From assembly GCA_009914755.4 (NCBI GenBank), contig CP086569.2, positions 3,648,001 to 3,712,000 on the forward strand: a DNA stretch of 64,000 bases, given 5' to 3'. The notes under the pieces were generated by a model, which searched no databases, had not been told where the DNA came from, and was given only the letters and a program-made list of their open reading frames with translations. A program made the translations under genes and the position numbers. This document shows, one piece after another, positions 25,815-43,096 of this stretch (the first letter of the stretch is position 1; every line of letters starts with the position of its first letter). The DNA comes from the human T2T-CHM13v2.0 reference genome, Homo sapiens.

Positions 25815-27075
25815 TGGCAGTAAATCCATATGGGTCTTCAGCTACCTCAATTCTTCACTCCTCAGAAAAGAGAATTTGACTGGCATAAGGCAGAAGAGAA
25901 CAAGGCCAAGTGTAGAGCAGAAATAAAACTTTATTAAAAAGCTCTGTAGCAGAAACAAAAGGAAGAAAACTACATTTGGAAGTAGACCAAGTGGGTTACT
26001 TGAAAGACAAGTGTGCAGTTTGAACTTTTGACTTGGGGTTTATATGTTGGCATACTTCTGGGTCTTGTGTCTCTTCTACCCTGATATTTTCTTAGGGGTG
26101 GACTCTCTGCATGCACAGTGGCCAGCCAGCACTGGGGAGGTGAGAATATGAAGAGTGTTTACTGGAGTTGTGCACATGCTAACTTGAGGTGCTCTTCCCT
26201 TACCAGCCAAATGTCACTAGGAGGTGTGAACCCTGAATATCTGAGACAGATCTCAGTAAATTGAAAAAGTTTATTTTGCCAAGGTTGAGGATGCACTTCC
26301 ATGACACAGCCTCAAGAGGTCCTAATGACATGTGCCCAAGGTGGTTGGAGCACAGCTGGATTTTATACATTTTAGAAAGACATGAGACATCAATAAATAT
26401 ATGTAAGATGTACATTGGTCCCTCCAGAAATGTGGGACAACTTGAAACCTATGAGAACATGACCTTCTTTACTTACCACAGTCAGAAATCCTGTACAGAG
26501 ACTGTGGAGAAAAGGTATGAGGCCAGTTTTTCCAAAAGGCTTTTATTGGCTCTATAAGTCAAGTTTGATTCCTTAAAGGAAATCATATGAGTCTAGTCAA
26601 AGTCTTGATAAAATAACCAGTTTATCCAATTGTGTCCTGTTGCAAAATAAAACATTCTTAGTGCACTTATGCAAATAACTATTTGCCATACACTAAGAAC
26701 ACTCACAAATAGTTTTCAAATCCTGGAGAAATGAGGTAGAGAGAAACAAATATGCTTCCAATTTTGTTGATAGGAGTATAGTTTCTCAATTGCTACAACC
26801 CGTAAATAGCTCAAAAAAAACTTGTCTTGACTGTGAAAAGCAATAAAAGGGTCAACATTGTTTTCAGTAAAAAAGTCAAAAAATTACTTTAGTCTTCTAT
26901 TAGTTTAGTCAACGCAGTTAACTTCTGTTCTGCATGATATTCGTAAACATTCCAGCTGTGTATGAGAGTACTGAAAGTTTTTTCTCTATTCTAATGTCAC
27001 AATCACCAAAGTTATCAGAACCCTACATTCAAGAATACCTGTTAGTTTTATAGCTGATTATAAAACCACCTTCTA
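25815..27075 (-). mobile_element. LTR-like dispersed repeat, copy A (probable ERV class I solo LTR or deleted provirus, with an internal deletion)
   Basis: Segment 25860-26230 is ~80-85% identical to 45040-45400. Segment 26230-26460 matches 38440-38700. Segment 26460-27075 matches 40060-40644. It starts with TGGCAG… like copy B. The minus strand is assigned because copy B sits next to a minus-strand PBS. Confidence 0.45.
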
Positions 27076-28276
27076 AAGAGAACAAAAACAAAACAACATT
27101 TGTTTGTGGATGACAAAAAGCTTTAGGGTAGCTATAGTCAAAGATACAATTAAGGAGGAAATTTGTTATCTCTCTGGCAAACAAAATTTAACATAGCAAT
27201 TATAATTATTTCTGATAATGTACACTAAGTCATATTATAATTATAGGAGCTTCCCAAATGTTGGAACACATACCAATAACATATTTACACAAATACAGCC
27301 CAGAAAAGACTAAACATCATTTCATATTTTACAGTGCTTCCTGTATGATTTTTATACCAAACAAGCCAAATATGTCATTTTAAAACTTTAGGGAAAGTAA
27401 TATCTTAAAGGAATAGTTAGGTCAGAAAAAAAAAAAAACACAGTTTACAAATTCATTTTGGAAAATTTGTCAAATATCAAAGATTTAAAACACTTGTTAT
27501 CACAAAATAGGATCCCAGGTCATTGTAAAATAAGTCATCCCTTTAACAAAAGTAATAACTCAAGGATTTCAAAAAAAGGCAAAACTTCATTCTTTAAGAG
27601 AAGATACTTAATTTTCCAAACAATAAGCCCTAATAAAGCAGCATAAAGCCAATTAAACTTGTTTGTCAAAATTTTATAAACAATCTTTAAATTCTAATCA
27701 CCTTGACCATAAAAGATATAATTTCCACAATCCTTTCATAACCTTTATTAAAAAGTTGGTTAATGCTTCAAGAAAAGCTTGTTAATCTGACATAAAGGCC
27801 AATATGCTGGTCATGCATCAGTATGCCTTCGGTATTAATGGTTAATTTATAGAGAAATTGAACTTATTTTATCTCTCAAAATTGTGTCTTACAATCTCAC
27901 ATGCCCATCTCTTCCGCAGTAGTCCCTGGGCCTTGAGGAGTTGAATAGCTTTAATTTCTGGCCCTGTGTCTCAGAAATGCAGTTTAGTTTGATTAGTGCC
28001 TTTGACTGGGCCTGAAGATGAGGTTTTAATTGCTGTCAGTGTTTAAGATTTAGCAGGACTTGGTGTCCTTTTCAGATCAAGGAGTCAAAGACCTGTAACT
28101 CAATGTCATAAGGACTTTAAAAGCACATACAGAAAGATACACAGATGTATAACCTTAATTAAGAAAAAAATATTTTAATCTCAGTTTTTTCTTCTAAGCA
28201 AACCAAAACTTAACAATAATAGCATAGGAATTATTTCAAAAAAATTTAAAATCTGTTAGGACAGTTACCAAAAAGC

Positions 28277-28291
28277 AAAATAAAAGACCTT
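28277..28291. repeat. target-site duplication, 5' copy, of the full-length L1
   Basis: AAATAAAAGACCTTC lies immediately before the L1 start GATGGCTGGCAAGATGGCTGAATAGG. It matches AATAAAAAGACCTTC at 35067-35081, just after the (TAAA)n tail. Confidence 0.65.
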
Positions 28292-29636
28292 CGATGGCTG
28301 GCAAGATGGCTGAATAGGAAGAGCTCCGCTCTGCAGCTCCCAGGGAGATCAATGCAGAAGGTGGGTGATTTCTGCATTTCCAACTGAGGTACCATGCTCA
28401 ACTCATTGGGACTGGTTAGACAGTGAGTACAGTCCCTGGATGGCAAGCAGAAGCAAGGGGGGACATTGCCTCACCTGGGAAGCACAAGGGGCCAGGGAAC
28501 TCCCTCCCCTAGCCAAGGGAAGCCATGAGGGACTGTGCCATGAGGAACAGTGCAATCTGGCCCAGATACTACACTTTTTCCCACGGTCTTCACAACCCAC
28601 AGATCAGGAGATTCCCTCGGGTGCCTACACCACCAATAACCTGGGTTTTAAGCACAAAACTGGGTGGCTGTTTGGGTAGACAGTGAGCTAGCTGCAGGAG
28701 TTTTTTTTTTTTGTACACCAGAGGCATGTGGAACACCAGCGAGTCAGAACTGTTCACTCCTCTGGAAAGGGGGATGAAGCCAGGGAGCCAAGTGGTCTAG
28801 CTCAGTGGATCCCACCCCTACAGAGCCCAGCAAGCTAATATCCACTGGCTTGAGATTCTTGCTGCCAGCACAGCAGTCCAAAATTGACCTGGGATGCTCA
28901 AGCTTGGTGCGGGCAGGGGCGTGCACCATTACTGAGGCTTGAGTAGGTGGTTTTCCCCTCACAGTGTAAACAAAGCTGCTGGGAAATTTGAACTAGACAG
29001 AGCCCACCGCAGCTCGGCAAAGCCGCTGTAGCCAGACTGCCTCTCTAGATTCTTCCTCTCTGGGCAGGGCATCTCTGAAAGAAAGGCAGCAGCTCCAGTC
29101 AAGGGCTTATAGAAAAAACACCCATCTCCCTGGGAAAGAGCACCTGGGGGAAGAGGTGGCTGTGGGTGCAACTTCAGTGGACTTAAACATTTCTGCCTGC
29201 TGGCTCTGAAAAGAGCAGCAGATCTCCCAGCACAGCACTCGAATTCTGCTAAGGGACAGACTGCTTCTTCAAGTGGGTCCCTGACACTCATGTCTCCTGA
29301 CTGGGAGACACCTCCCAGCAGGCGTCAACAGACATCTCGTACGGGACAGCTCCAGCTGGCATCTGGTGGGTGCCTCTCTGAGATGAAGCTTCCAGAGGAA
29401 GGAACAGACAGCAATCTTTGCTATTCTGCAGCCTCTGCTGGTGATACCCAGGCAAACAGGGTCTAAAGTAGACCTCCAGCAAATGCCAGCAGACCTGCAG
29501 CAGAGGGGCCTGACTGTTAGAAGGAAAACTAACACACAGAAAGGAATAGCATCGACATCAACAAAAAGATGTCCAAATAATGATCTCATCTGAAAGTCAC
29601 CAACATCAAAGACCAACGGCAGATAAATCCATGAAG

Positions 29637-30700
29637 ATGAGGAAAAACCAGGGGAAAAAAAGGCTGAAAATTCAACAAAAAGAATGCCTCTTCTCCTCCT
29701 ACAAAGGATCAAAACTCCTTGCCAGCAAGAGAAAAAAACTGGACAGAGAATGAGTTTTATGATTTGACAGAAGTAGGCTTCAGAAGGTGGGTAATAACAA
29801 ACTCCTCCAAGCTAAAAGAGCATGTTCTAACCCAATGCAAGGAAGTTAAGAACCTTGAAGAAAAGGTTAGAGGAATTACTAACTAGAATAACCAGTTTAG
29901 AGAAGAAGATAAATGACCTGATGGAGTTGAAAAAACAGCATGAGAATTTCGTGAAGTATACACAAGTATCAATAGCCAATCGATCAAGCAAAAGAAAGGA
30001 TATCAGAGACTGACAATCTACTTAATGAAATAAAGCATGAAGACAAGATGACAGAAAAAGAAAGAAAAGGAATGAACAAAGCCTCCAAGAAATACGGGAC
30101 TATGTGAAAAGACCAAATCTGCGTTTGATTGGTACCTGAAAGTGATGGGGAAAATGGAGCCAAGCTGGAAAACTCTCTTCAGGATATTACCCAGGAGAAC
30201 TTCCCCAACCTAGCAAGACAGGCCAACATTCAAATTCAGGAAATACAGAGAACACCACAAAGATACTCCTTGAGGAGAGCAACCCCAAGACACATAATTG
30301 TCAGATTCACCAAGGTTGAAATGAAGGAAAAATGTTAAGGGCAGCCAGAGAAAGTTCGGGTTACTCACAAGGTGAAGTCCATCAGATTAGCAGCAGATCT
30401 CTCTGCAGAAACCGTACAAGCCAGAAGACAGTGGGGGGGGGAATATTCAACATTCTTAAAGACAAGAATCTTCAACCCAGAATTTTGTATCCAGCCAAAC
30501 TAAGCTTCATAAGCGAAGGAGAAATAAAATCCTTACAGACAAGCAAATGCTGAAAGATTTTGTCACCACCAAGCCTGCCTTACAAGAGCTCCTGAAGGAA
30601 GCACTAAACATGGAAAGGAAAAACCAGTATCAGCCACTGCAAAAACAGCAAATTGTAAAGACCATTGACACTATGAAGAAACTGCATCAACTAACAGGCA
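29637..30700 (+). pseudogene. L1 ORF1 remnant (frameshifts and stops)
   Basis: ORF-track fragments 30129..30338 (…ENFPNLARQANIQIQEIQRTPQRYS…RHIIVRFTKVEMKEK) and 30332..30553 (MLRAARE…NILKDKNLQPRILYPAKLSFISEGEIKS) are ORF1p split across two reading frames. Confidence 0.85.
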
Positions 30701-30721
30701 AAATAACCAGCTAGCATCATA

Positions 30722-34840
<4,119 letters not shown>

Positions 34841-35066
34841 AATGTCAAACAATGTGAACACATGGACACAGGGAGGGGAACATCACACACTGGGGTCTGT
34901 CAGTGGGTGGAGGGTTAGGGGAGGGATAGCATTAGGAGAAATAGCTAATGTAGATGACAGGTTGATTGGTGCAGCAAACCACCATGGCACATGTATACCT
35001 ATGTAACAAACCTGCACATTCTGCACATATATCCCAGAACTTAAAGTATAATTAAATAAATAAATA

Positions 35067-35081
35067 AATAAAAAGACCTTC
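35067..35081. repeat. target-site duplication, 3' copy, of the full-length L1
   Basis: AATAAAAAGACCTTC (see 28277-28291). Confidence 0.65.
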
Positions 35082-37894
35082 TGCAGTGCACAGAATATTA
35101 TGTTGGAAGAAAACATTTCCTTCAGACCTTTCAGAAAACATTGTTAGCATCAGGCCATAACAAAGAGAACCTGAGGTGGGGGAAAGCATATATGAGCTGA
35201 AAATGAGTTGAAGGAGAGCATTACCATTTCATGCCTTTTAAAAGCGGAGACAAAACAAAAATGATGAGATGTAATAAAAGTTGAACTTATGGTTAAAAAT
35301 AATGAAAATATCTTATAATGTATTCAGAGTAAATCAATCCCTTCAGAAATTTCACTCTTCTAACCAATTCTTTAGTGTGGAAGTGTTTTTTAACATCAAA
35401 CCTAATTTCTAGAAAGACCATTATAATTTCCCTTTAATTATAAACAACTTTATCACACAAAGATTTGTTTTTAATAAAGCCTCTAAGACTAAATTTACAA
35501 TACAAAATTTTTTACTCATATAAAATTATGTCTTTTTAAGCTTTCTCACCAACAAATAACTCTTTATTTCTGTAACTTTCTTCACATCTCTCTTATTTCC
35601 TGGCTCTTTTTACCTTGTTTTATATATAATATTTAAATAAAATTTGAGTTAGACAAAAAATGTTCACTGTTTTAAAAAGAACACTTTTTTAGAAAAAGAG
35701 ATTTTCTACAATATATTATTATCAAAAAATACCAAAATAATGAAATATCTATTATTTAACTTTAGATATTAAATTGTCATGTTTGTCTACAAGTTTTTAT
35801 CCTATTACATTTACCTAATTATTTTAATCATTTACATAGATTTTTTATGAAAACTGCAATAGTTATTATGTAAGTTATAAAACTACCATTGCAAAATTAT
35901 AACTGAGACAGTGAAACATATCTCACCTAACTGACTCCATCCTGTTTCTAACCTCCAGCTGTCCTTGTTTATTCCTGAACATAGGCCATAGTAACTTTGG
36001 AGGGAACTTAGTTTATGGTTTAGCTTTGAAACAAAGATAAGAACAGTTCTTTCTCAAAACAAAGCTCCTTACTACCTGTGGAATAGACTGCTTAAGGCCG
36101 TTATGGTAACTGTACTAAATAATTCCAGATGTAGCTATTTTTATTAAACCAATATCAATGTCTTATTTATCAAAAATCACACAAGCAAACATCATTCTGT
36201 TTTGGTCTGGGTTTTATAGTTTTGTATTGCCTGTGCCAAACTCTGACACATAGTAGTTGACAGGGATAAGTATGAAATTGCTTGATCAATAAATGCAAAT
36301 GAAAATGTATGCTGGAAGTTCCTAAGACATTTTTAATATTACTTTACCAATAATTTTCAACTAGCTTATTTATTAGCGAATTTACTTAAGTCATATAAAC
36401 TTGAAAAAACATTTAACTAGTCTTTCCTTTGTTCTGGTATTGATTTAAGTGTTTTTATTTCTCTTTAAGCCAATTAATTAGAGCTCTTTTATATATTTTA
36501 AATAGTGAAACACTGTGTACACAACCCATAAATACACAGACGTATTTGGCATGCCAATAGAAGTACATCTTATTGATTCATGAGACCTTTTTTTTTCCCC
36601 CATCTTAGACTTGCAATCTCTTGATAACCTGTTTCATTATCCTGGAAGTTGTCCGATAAATCTGCATATTAAAGGAAACAAGTCTTATGTGAAAAATCAA
36701 ATAGCAAAATTTACTTCTCAAGGTTCAGAGAGAAAAAATCTGGTGGTTCTAGAGGGAGATTAAAGATGGATGCCACATTAAACATTAAAATAAAAATTTA
36801 TCATAAGAGTGTATAAGAATACCAATTTTATTTAGATAGGGACTACCTATTTTTAACCGGATCTCTGAGCTCTGAGCAGAGCCCACACTGAATCGTGAGT
36901 CTCCAAAAGAAAATTATGAGACTAGGCCTGTGATGAGTTTACAGTGCACCATAATTTTTTTTAAACAAAGACATTTCTAAGTCTCTACACTCTTCCTTAA
37001 AAACCCAAGAGTAGCCTCTGTTGCAACAACTATCTTAGTCAAAAAATCAGGTAACACAATACAAAAGCAAGCAGTTTAAAGGCAGAGATAAACTTTTCTG
37101 TTTACACTCTTGGGGTTCCATAAGGAAAAACAGAGATTTCTCCCCAGAAGTGAGTCTGGCACCTTCTCCATTTTTTAATTAACCCCCAGGCAATTAGAAA
37201 CTATTTTAGGTCCCTCATGCAACAGAGGATGCAAGAGAAAGGAGAGACGCAGAAGTAAATAAAGGAAACAGAATTCAGTCAACTGAGAAGGAAATTAACT
37301 TTTGCTCAGAAAGGCAAAGTCCTAGGTGAAAAGAAAAGTAAAACAAAAATATGAAGACCTTTCAAATACAAATACACACACACATGCAAACATACACACA
37401 TACATCTTGGATGCTGGCTTTTAGTTAAGCTGACTTTTAACCATTGAGCTCCTTTAAAAAAATCTTTTTTTAAAAATCTCATTACCGTATTTCAGCTAGA
37501 GAAAATTGCTGCTACTTCAGAAGTACCAAGTATCAAACCAGAAACGGCTTGTTTTAGGAACCAAACCCAGGCTGCCATGGTAAAAAACAAAGGCAGAAGC
37601 ATAGCTATGGAACTACAGTATGGGGAAACAACCATTGCTCTTTTAGTTTGGACTGGCTAGTGAAATGGCTAGTGAAAAGGTGGCCTTGTTATGTAAATAA
37701 AGCCCCTTAAGAAGTCAAAATAAAAAATCTTTTTCTTTTGCAGGCCATTTCCCCCTCAACTATACCACCTTTTTGTGGGGAGCGGGGAGGGGGAATTTAG
37801 CCACTTTAGGGCCTTGTTCCCCATAATTTGAAACTTCCTTTTGGATTTTATCAAGTCAGATAGAGCTGATGAAACCCAATGGGAAAAAGACTGA

Positions 37895-37945
37895 AACAAC
37901 AACAAAAACAGAAACAAACAACAACAACAAAACCGTTAAGCAAAA
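37895..37945. repeat. (CAA)n/(CAAA)n-like simple repeat
   Basis: aaacaacaacaaaaacagaaacaaacaacaacaacaaaacc. Confidence 0.7.
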
Positions 37946-38430
37946 CAAATGATCGCACAACTTATACAATTACTTAGCACTCTAATGGTAAGGAGAAATT
38001 AAGACAAGCTGGTTGTTAATCTTAACTTTAGCAAGGACAAACCCCAATTGAGCTAATCACCTAGGGATGGGCCTCAGGCTGAAGACTGTCCATCCTAGAA
38101 GCAGGAAAAAACTCAAATTTGTCTTCCCTGTTGGAAGCGAGCTCAAACTCCATAAAAAAAGTTACCCATCTTCCATCATCATGAAAGCAGGAAAACTTGC
38201 ATTTCTTGTTACTCGCAAGTAAAATTCCATAAAAGGGAGTTGTACAGCAAAACATACTTCAAATCTCGACCAAATTTTGGGATACCAGGGATTCTTTGGA
38301 CGGGGTGCTTCCAGGCCTAAGCAAATTGCCCTATTGGTTTGAGCCATAAAGATAGCTCAAGCTGGTACCAAGCACCAATAGGAGATTTGTCAAAGGTCAA
38401 GGATGCTTCTACTCAGAATCTCTTCATGAT

Positions 38431-40644
38431 TGCCAAAATGTGAATGATGAATATCTAAGACAGGTCTCAGGAAATTTAGGAAGGTTATTTTGCCAAGGTT
38501 TAAGATGTGCACCCATTACACAGCCTCAGGAGGTCCTGACGACACATGCCCAAGGTGGTCAAAGCACAGCTTGGTTTTTACATTTTAGGGAGACATGAGA
38601 CATCAATCAATATCTGTATGATGTACATTGATTCCGTCCAAAAAGGTGGGACAACTCAAAGCAGCGAGGGGGCTTCCAGGTCACAGGTAGATGAGAGACA
38701 AATGATTGCATTCTTTTGAGTTTCTGATTAGCCTTTCTAAAGGAGGCAATCAGATAGGCATTTATCTCAGTGAGCAGAGGGATGATTTTGAATAGAATGG
38801 GAGGCAGGTTTACCCTAAGCAGTTCCCAGCTTGAGTTTTCTTTTTAGCTTAATTATTTTGGGGTCCCAAGATTTATTTTCCTTTCACAGAGATCGTATAC
38901 CAGTTGAGCTCTGCCATTTTCCTCTTAGTACGCATGCTTCAGCTCACTCACCCAACTCCTGAGATCTTACCAGGAAGCTACTGATCACCAGTTTCCGGTT
39001 TTTTCTATCTACAGGTAAACTTGCTTTCTCTGGTGCTGGCTGTGGCCAATTACTATTTTAGAGGGGCAGTGTAACTGCTTGACCATCACCTGATGGTTGC
39101 CTGATATTCCTTGTTGAGGAGGCACCCTTTCCTGCCCTGTTCATGTCTGACTAGCTATTTACTGTAATATTTCTTCTCTCAAGAGTCCAAGACCCCAATT
39201 ATTTGGGGAAAATGGATGCAGGTCCATCTTCTGTAACTGCTGCCTGCTGACAGAGGGGCAGTGATGGTTGTTCTGTGGGTCTTGGCCTGTTTCTAGCTGT
39301 AAGGGTAGGAAGGTGGCTTCATGATTTGGTAAAAGTGGTATCCAACCAGGTCCTAGGGAGACAGGGGCAGGATTTTGCCTCCATTATCTGGAGCTGGATG
39401 GTGTGAAGCTGAGAAGACAAACTGAGTTATTAGAATGTCAAAACAAATTAAGTGGGTAATAACAGCTCCAAAAAATTCCGAGACTGCCAACATGCCCAGG
39501 TAACTGGTCGCTGTATTCATGCCTGCTTAGTCTTGGATTTATGGGGTTGCTAACTGATTGCAGTATGTGCCCAGAATTAGAATATTGATTCAGATTTTTA
39601 CATTACCTATCCCTTTGTTTCTTCGGAGCTGCAGCCAGAGATCACTGGTTGGTTCACAGAAATAGGCAGGGTTAGTCTAAATTGCAGATAAAAACTCAAA
39701 AACAACTGATGAGACTAGAATCTAATAATAGGTATACCATAGTTCTTGAAACATAATTTTTCAGTCTCCAGTCCTCATTTGTTATTCAAAACAAATATAG
39801 CGTTGTTTGCAAAAAAAAAAAAAAAACTTTAGTCTTATTTTCTTATTTTACTTGGCCTGATTATTTGCATAAAGCACAGCAAAAATAATTATTTGCCATA
39901 TAGCTTTCTTTTTAATTTGGCTTTGATGCAACTTCATTCCATAAGGAATCTCAGATAAGACTCTGTTTGAAGCCTTAAGCACAGCCATGGATTGGTGCCA
40001 TTAAATACATTTATGAGGGGTGAATTTCTCTCCTATTGAGGTCTCAAAATAACTTGGGGTTCCTGTGATTGTTAGAAAGTGACATTCTTTACTTATCACA
40101 GTTCAGGAACTCTGTACAGGGACAAGGACAAAATATGTGGAGAAAAGCTATGAGGCCAGTTTTCCCAAGGGGCTTTTCTAGACTCTATAAGTAAAGTTTG
40201 ATTTCTTAAAGGAAAGTACACCATTCTAGTCAAAGCCTTGGTATAATAAAATAACCAGTTTCTCCAGTTATGTCCTGTTGTAAAAGAGAACAGATTCTTA
40301 TTGCACATATGCAAATAACTATATTGCCATAAGTTAAGAATACTTCACAGATAGTTTCCAAATTCTGGAGAAATCAGGTAGAGAGAAATAAATATGCTCC
40401 AAGTTTTGTCTACAGGAGTGCTCAATTGTTAAAAGCTATAAGTAGCTCAAAAGAAAAATTTTCTTGGCTTTGAAAAAACAAAGAATGGATTGGCAACATT
40501 TTAAGCGAAAGTCAAAAAAGATTACTTTGGTCTTTTATTAGTTAAATGTATGCAACTATTTCCTGTTTTGCTTGAAATTTATAAACACATTAGTAAAGTC
40601 CTGTAGCTGATTATGTAACCACCTTTTAGAGGATTAAAACAAGG
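38431..40644 (-). mobile_element. LTR-like repeat, copies C+D (putative truncated 3' LTR of the ERV); the ~39.2-40.06 kb middle part is unassigned
   Basis: 38431-38700 matches copy A 26200-26460. 38800-39200 matches copy B 45400-45690. 40060-40644 matches copy A 26460-27075. It is cut at 40644 by the MaLR element. Confidence 0.4.
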
Positions 40645-41190
40645 TGATATGGTTTGGTTCTGTGTCCCCACCCAAGTCTCATCTTGAATTATACTCCCAT
40701 AATTCCTGCATGTTGTGGGAGGGACCTGGTGGGAGATAATTTGAATCATGGGACAGTTCCCCCATATTCTTCTCGTGGTAGTGAATAAGACATACAATAT
40801 GTGATGGATTTATCAGGGGTTTCCACTTTTGCATCATTCTCATTTGCTCTTGCCACCACCGTGTAAGAAGTGCCTTTCACCTCCTGCCATGATTCTGAAG
40901 CCTACCTAGCCATGTGGAACAGTAAGTCCAATTAAACCTGAGGTGAGACTGAGGTAGTCCCCGATGGAGATGAAGAACTTGTTGGGAGCTGGAGCAAATG
41001 TGACTCTTCTTATGTTTTAGCAAAGAGACTTGTGGCATTTTGCCCCTGCCCTAGAGATTTGTGGAATTTTGAACTTGAGAAAGATGATTTAGGGCATCTG
41101 GTGGAAGAAATTTTTAAGTAGTAAAGCATTCAAGAGGTGACGTGGGTTTTGTTAAAGGCATTCAGTTGTATAAGGGAAGCAGTCTGACCA
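40645..41190 (+). mobile_element. MaLR (THE1/MST-type) LTR (40645-40950) fused to a partial MaLR internal sequence
   Basis: TGATATGGTTTGGTTCTGTGTCCCCACCCAAGTCTCATCTTGAATTATACTCCCATAATTCCTGCATGTTGTGGGAGGGACCTGGTGGGAGATAATTTGAATCATGGGA… matches the THE1/MST LTR consensus start TGATATGGTTTGGCTGTGTCCCCACCCAAATCTCATCTTGAATTGT… Then …GATGGAGATGAAGAACTTGTTGGGAGCTGGAGCAAATGTGACTCTTCTTATGTTTTAGCAAAGAGACTTGTGGCATTTTGCCCCTGCCCTAGAGATTTGTGGAATTTTGAACTTGAG matches THE1-int. Confidence 0.75.
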
Positions 41191-42099
41191 TAAGGTAAGA
41201 ATCTCATAAACCTTTTATAAGCCTTTACCATTTTCTGTTAAAGAGCAGAATAATGCTCTAGGCAAAATGTGTCATGCTTTTTATTCCAATGTTCAATTTA
41301 CAGATAAACTGAATAATACCACTTTAGTTGTAGCTAATATGTCCACAACCACAATTTCTTTACAAGATGAATTTTTCACAAGCCTTGCACGACTTGCCTA
41401 AACCTTTAGCTATACCCTAACTTAAAACAATCTTTTAACCCTCTAAGTAAGGCAAAATATCCACATTCCCATGCCTTCTTATAATCTTCTACCAAAAGCA
41501 CATTCTACTTTCCTTGCATGCCTTGTGTGTAAAACTGTTTTTCCAATAGACTCAGGTACATATTACAATGTTAACTCTTAGCAACTTTTAGTTTTGGGGA
41601 AATACCTGGTAAGTAAGCAATTCTAATTATGTACTAGGTATCTAGCCTAGGACACCAGACAGCAGTGCAGATAAGGTTTGAAACTTTGTTATAGCTAGGG
41701 ACCTGATTAACTTTGTATGTCCCCAGGCCTTACCTAGCTTGAAAGCAAACAATTTGCATAATTAAGAGTCTTAGTAGCAGTTTATGAAGCATAAAGGAGG
41801 CTTAATAGCCTTTAAATTGTTTAATATTTTTTTCTTAAATTTCCTTTCATGAGTCTTCTCCCAACTTACACAAATCTTCTACAACATGTTTTAACTTTCT
41901 GATTTGTCCTAAACATTCCTCTTTTTAAACACCCTGTTATTTTACTCTGGGACAACAATTTACCATACAAGATATTTTCTTATATAAAATCCCTTTTCTT
42001 TATAACATTCCTTACCAAAAATACCTCTTTGCCTTTATAACCTTTGAATTAGACAAAAGTCATTTTATTTTTGTTAAGAAATTATGGTTTGTACTACAT

Positions 42100-42404
42100 G
42101 TTGCTGTGTATATACTGTGAAGAGGGAGCAAATAGGCAGGTTATCTGCATACTGCAGATGTTACCTCCCCTCAAGAGATTGCTTGGTAAGATTTTTTTAG
42201 GGCTTTTCTGAATAAGTGTGGACTATTTCTAAACCCATGAGGTAGGACTGACCAGATTGAAGTAGTTATTAGGGAGAAAGATAAATTCAGAGGTAGGGTA
42301 AATATTAAATTCAGAGGTAGGGTAAATATTAAGAAGTCATCCATCTTAGAAAGTACATTTTTGCCCTGAAGTGTGAATACTCTTTTGGAGGAAGGTAGTG
42401 CCAT
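42100..42404 (-). pseudogene. retroviral pol remnant (reverse transcriptase)
   Basis: Minus-strand ORF 42171..42404 ends …TSIWSVLPHGFRNSPHLFRKALKK…, the conserved RT 'LPQGFKNSP' motif (compare MLV RT WTRLPQGFKNSPTLFDEAL), at 42219-42248. About 33 aa downstream, in the -1 frame after a stop, is HLQYADNLPI at 42140-42151, a degenerate YXDD box (MLV: LLQYVDDLLL). A 24-bp in-frame tandem duplication (IFTLPLNL twice) sits at 42284-42331. Confidence 0.6.
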
Positions 42405-42610
42405 TAACCTCCATTAGCCAATAGGAGTTGAAAGAGAGTTGCTCAGGAAAGATTAGCTCAGACTAGGCAGCTCTTAAGCCCAAAAGGGAAATTTATAATT
42501 TTACTTGCCTCCTCCAGAGTTGCTCTTGGCTTTGTTCCATTGATGATGTCTGATCTGGGAGCCGATTGGTCCAGACAGCCCATTCTGCTCAAGGCCATAA
42601 AAGGTTGGGA

Positions 42611-42820
42611 TTATTTCCCAGGGGCCCTTCCGCTCTCAGGGCAGTCCTGTTCCAGCGGCCAAGCTTGTGGCAGAGGGGCAAGCTGTGTGCAGCTTTTGCC
42701 ATTTATCCCATTGGGACAGTTTGCCTTCCAGTGGCCTGGCTTACTGCACCAATGACAGTTACCTGAAGGAGTGTTATTAGGGCAACCTGGAAGGGGCTGG
42801 AGAGCTTGTAAAGCAGTCAA
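42611..42820 (-). pseudogene. retroviral gag nucleocapsid remnant with a single CCHC zinc knuckle
   Basis: The ORF encodes …GNCHWCSKPGHWKANCP…, i.e. C-X2-C-X4-H-X4-C. I verified it codon by codon on the reverse complement of 42716-42757: tgt cat tgg tgc agt aag cca ggc cac tgg aag gca aac tgt. Confidence 0.7.
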
Positions 42821-43096
42821 AATAGTTAGCCTGCGTTTCTCCTGTTCTTAGCCCTGTTGTCCATATTCTACTCTCAGTTATAAAAGACTGAGGAAGCTAA
42901 TCTCAAGACCTCCATCACAGGGGCACTGCATTCCAAGGCTGACTTTTGTAATTTTTTCCCACTTTATTTTAAAGCCAAACAATATTAAAACAGAAAACTC
43001 ATTTTATGTGTTAAGGTTTAGGGGAATCACACATTTTCCAGTTTTAGGGGAATGCATCTGAGGGGCATGTCCTGTGGTATAAAGATGTGATTGCTA

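Noticed and set aside
29269-29712. 147-aa minus-strand ORF inside the L1PA 5'UTR (and 28959..29291 on the minus strand): could it be the primate L1 antisense ORF0?
   Set aside because: The known ORF0 lies near the antisense promoter, about 400-600 bp into the 5'UTR, and is ~70 aa. This ORF sits ~1.0-1.4 kb into the element, over the 5'UTR/ORF1 junction. It is arginine/cysteine-rich, consistent with a chance open frame in GC-richer sequence. I have no positive evidence for it.
42540-42766. Plus-strand ORFs 42540..42755 and 42566..42766 (71 and 66 aa)
   Set aside because: They overlap the gag NC remnant on the opposite strand. They are antisense read-through of a GC-richer segment with no recognisable domain.
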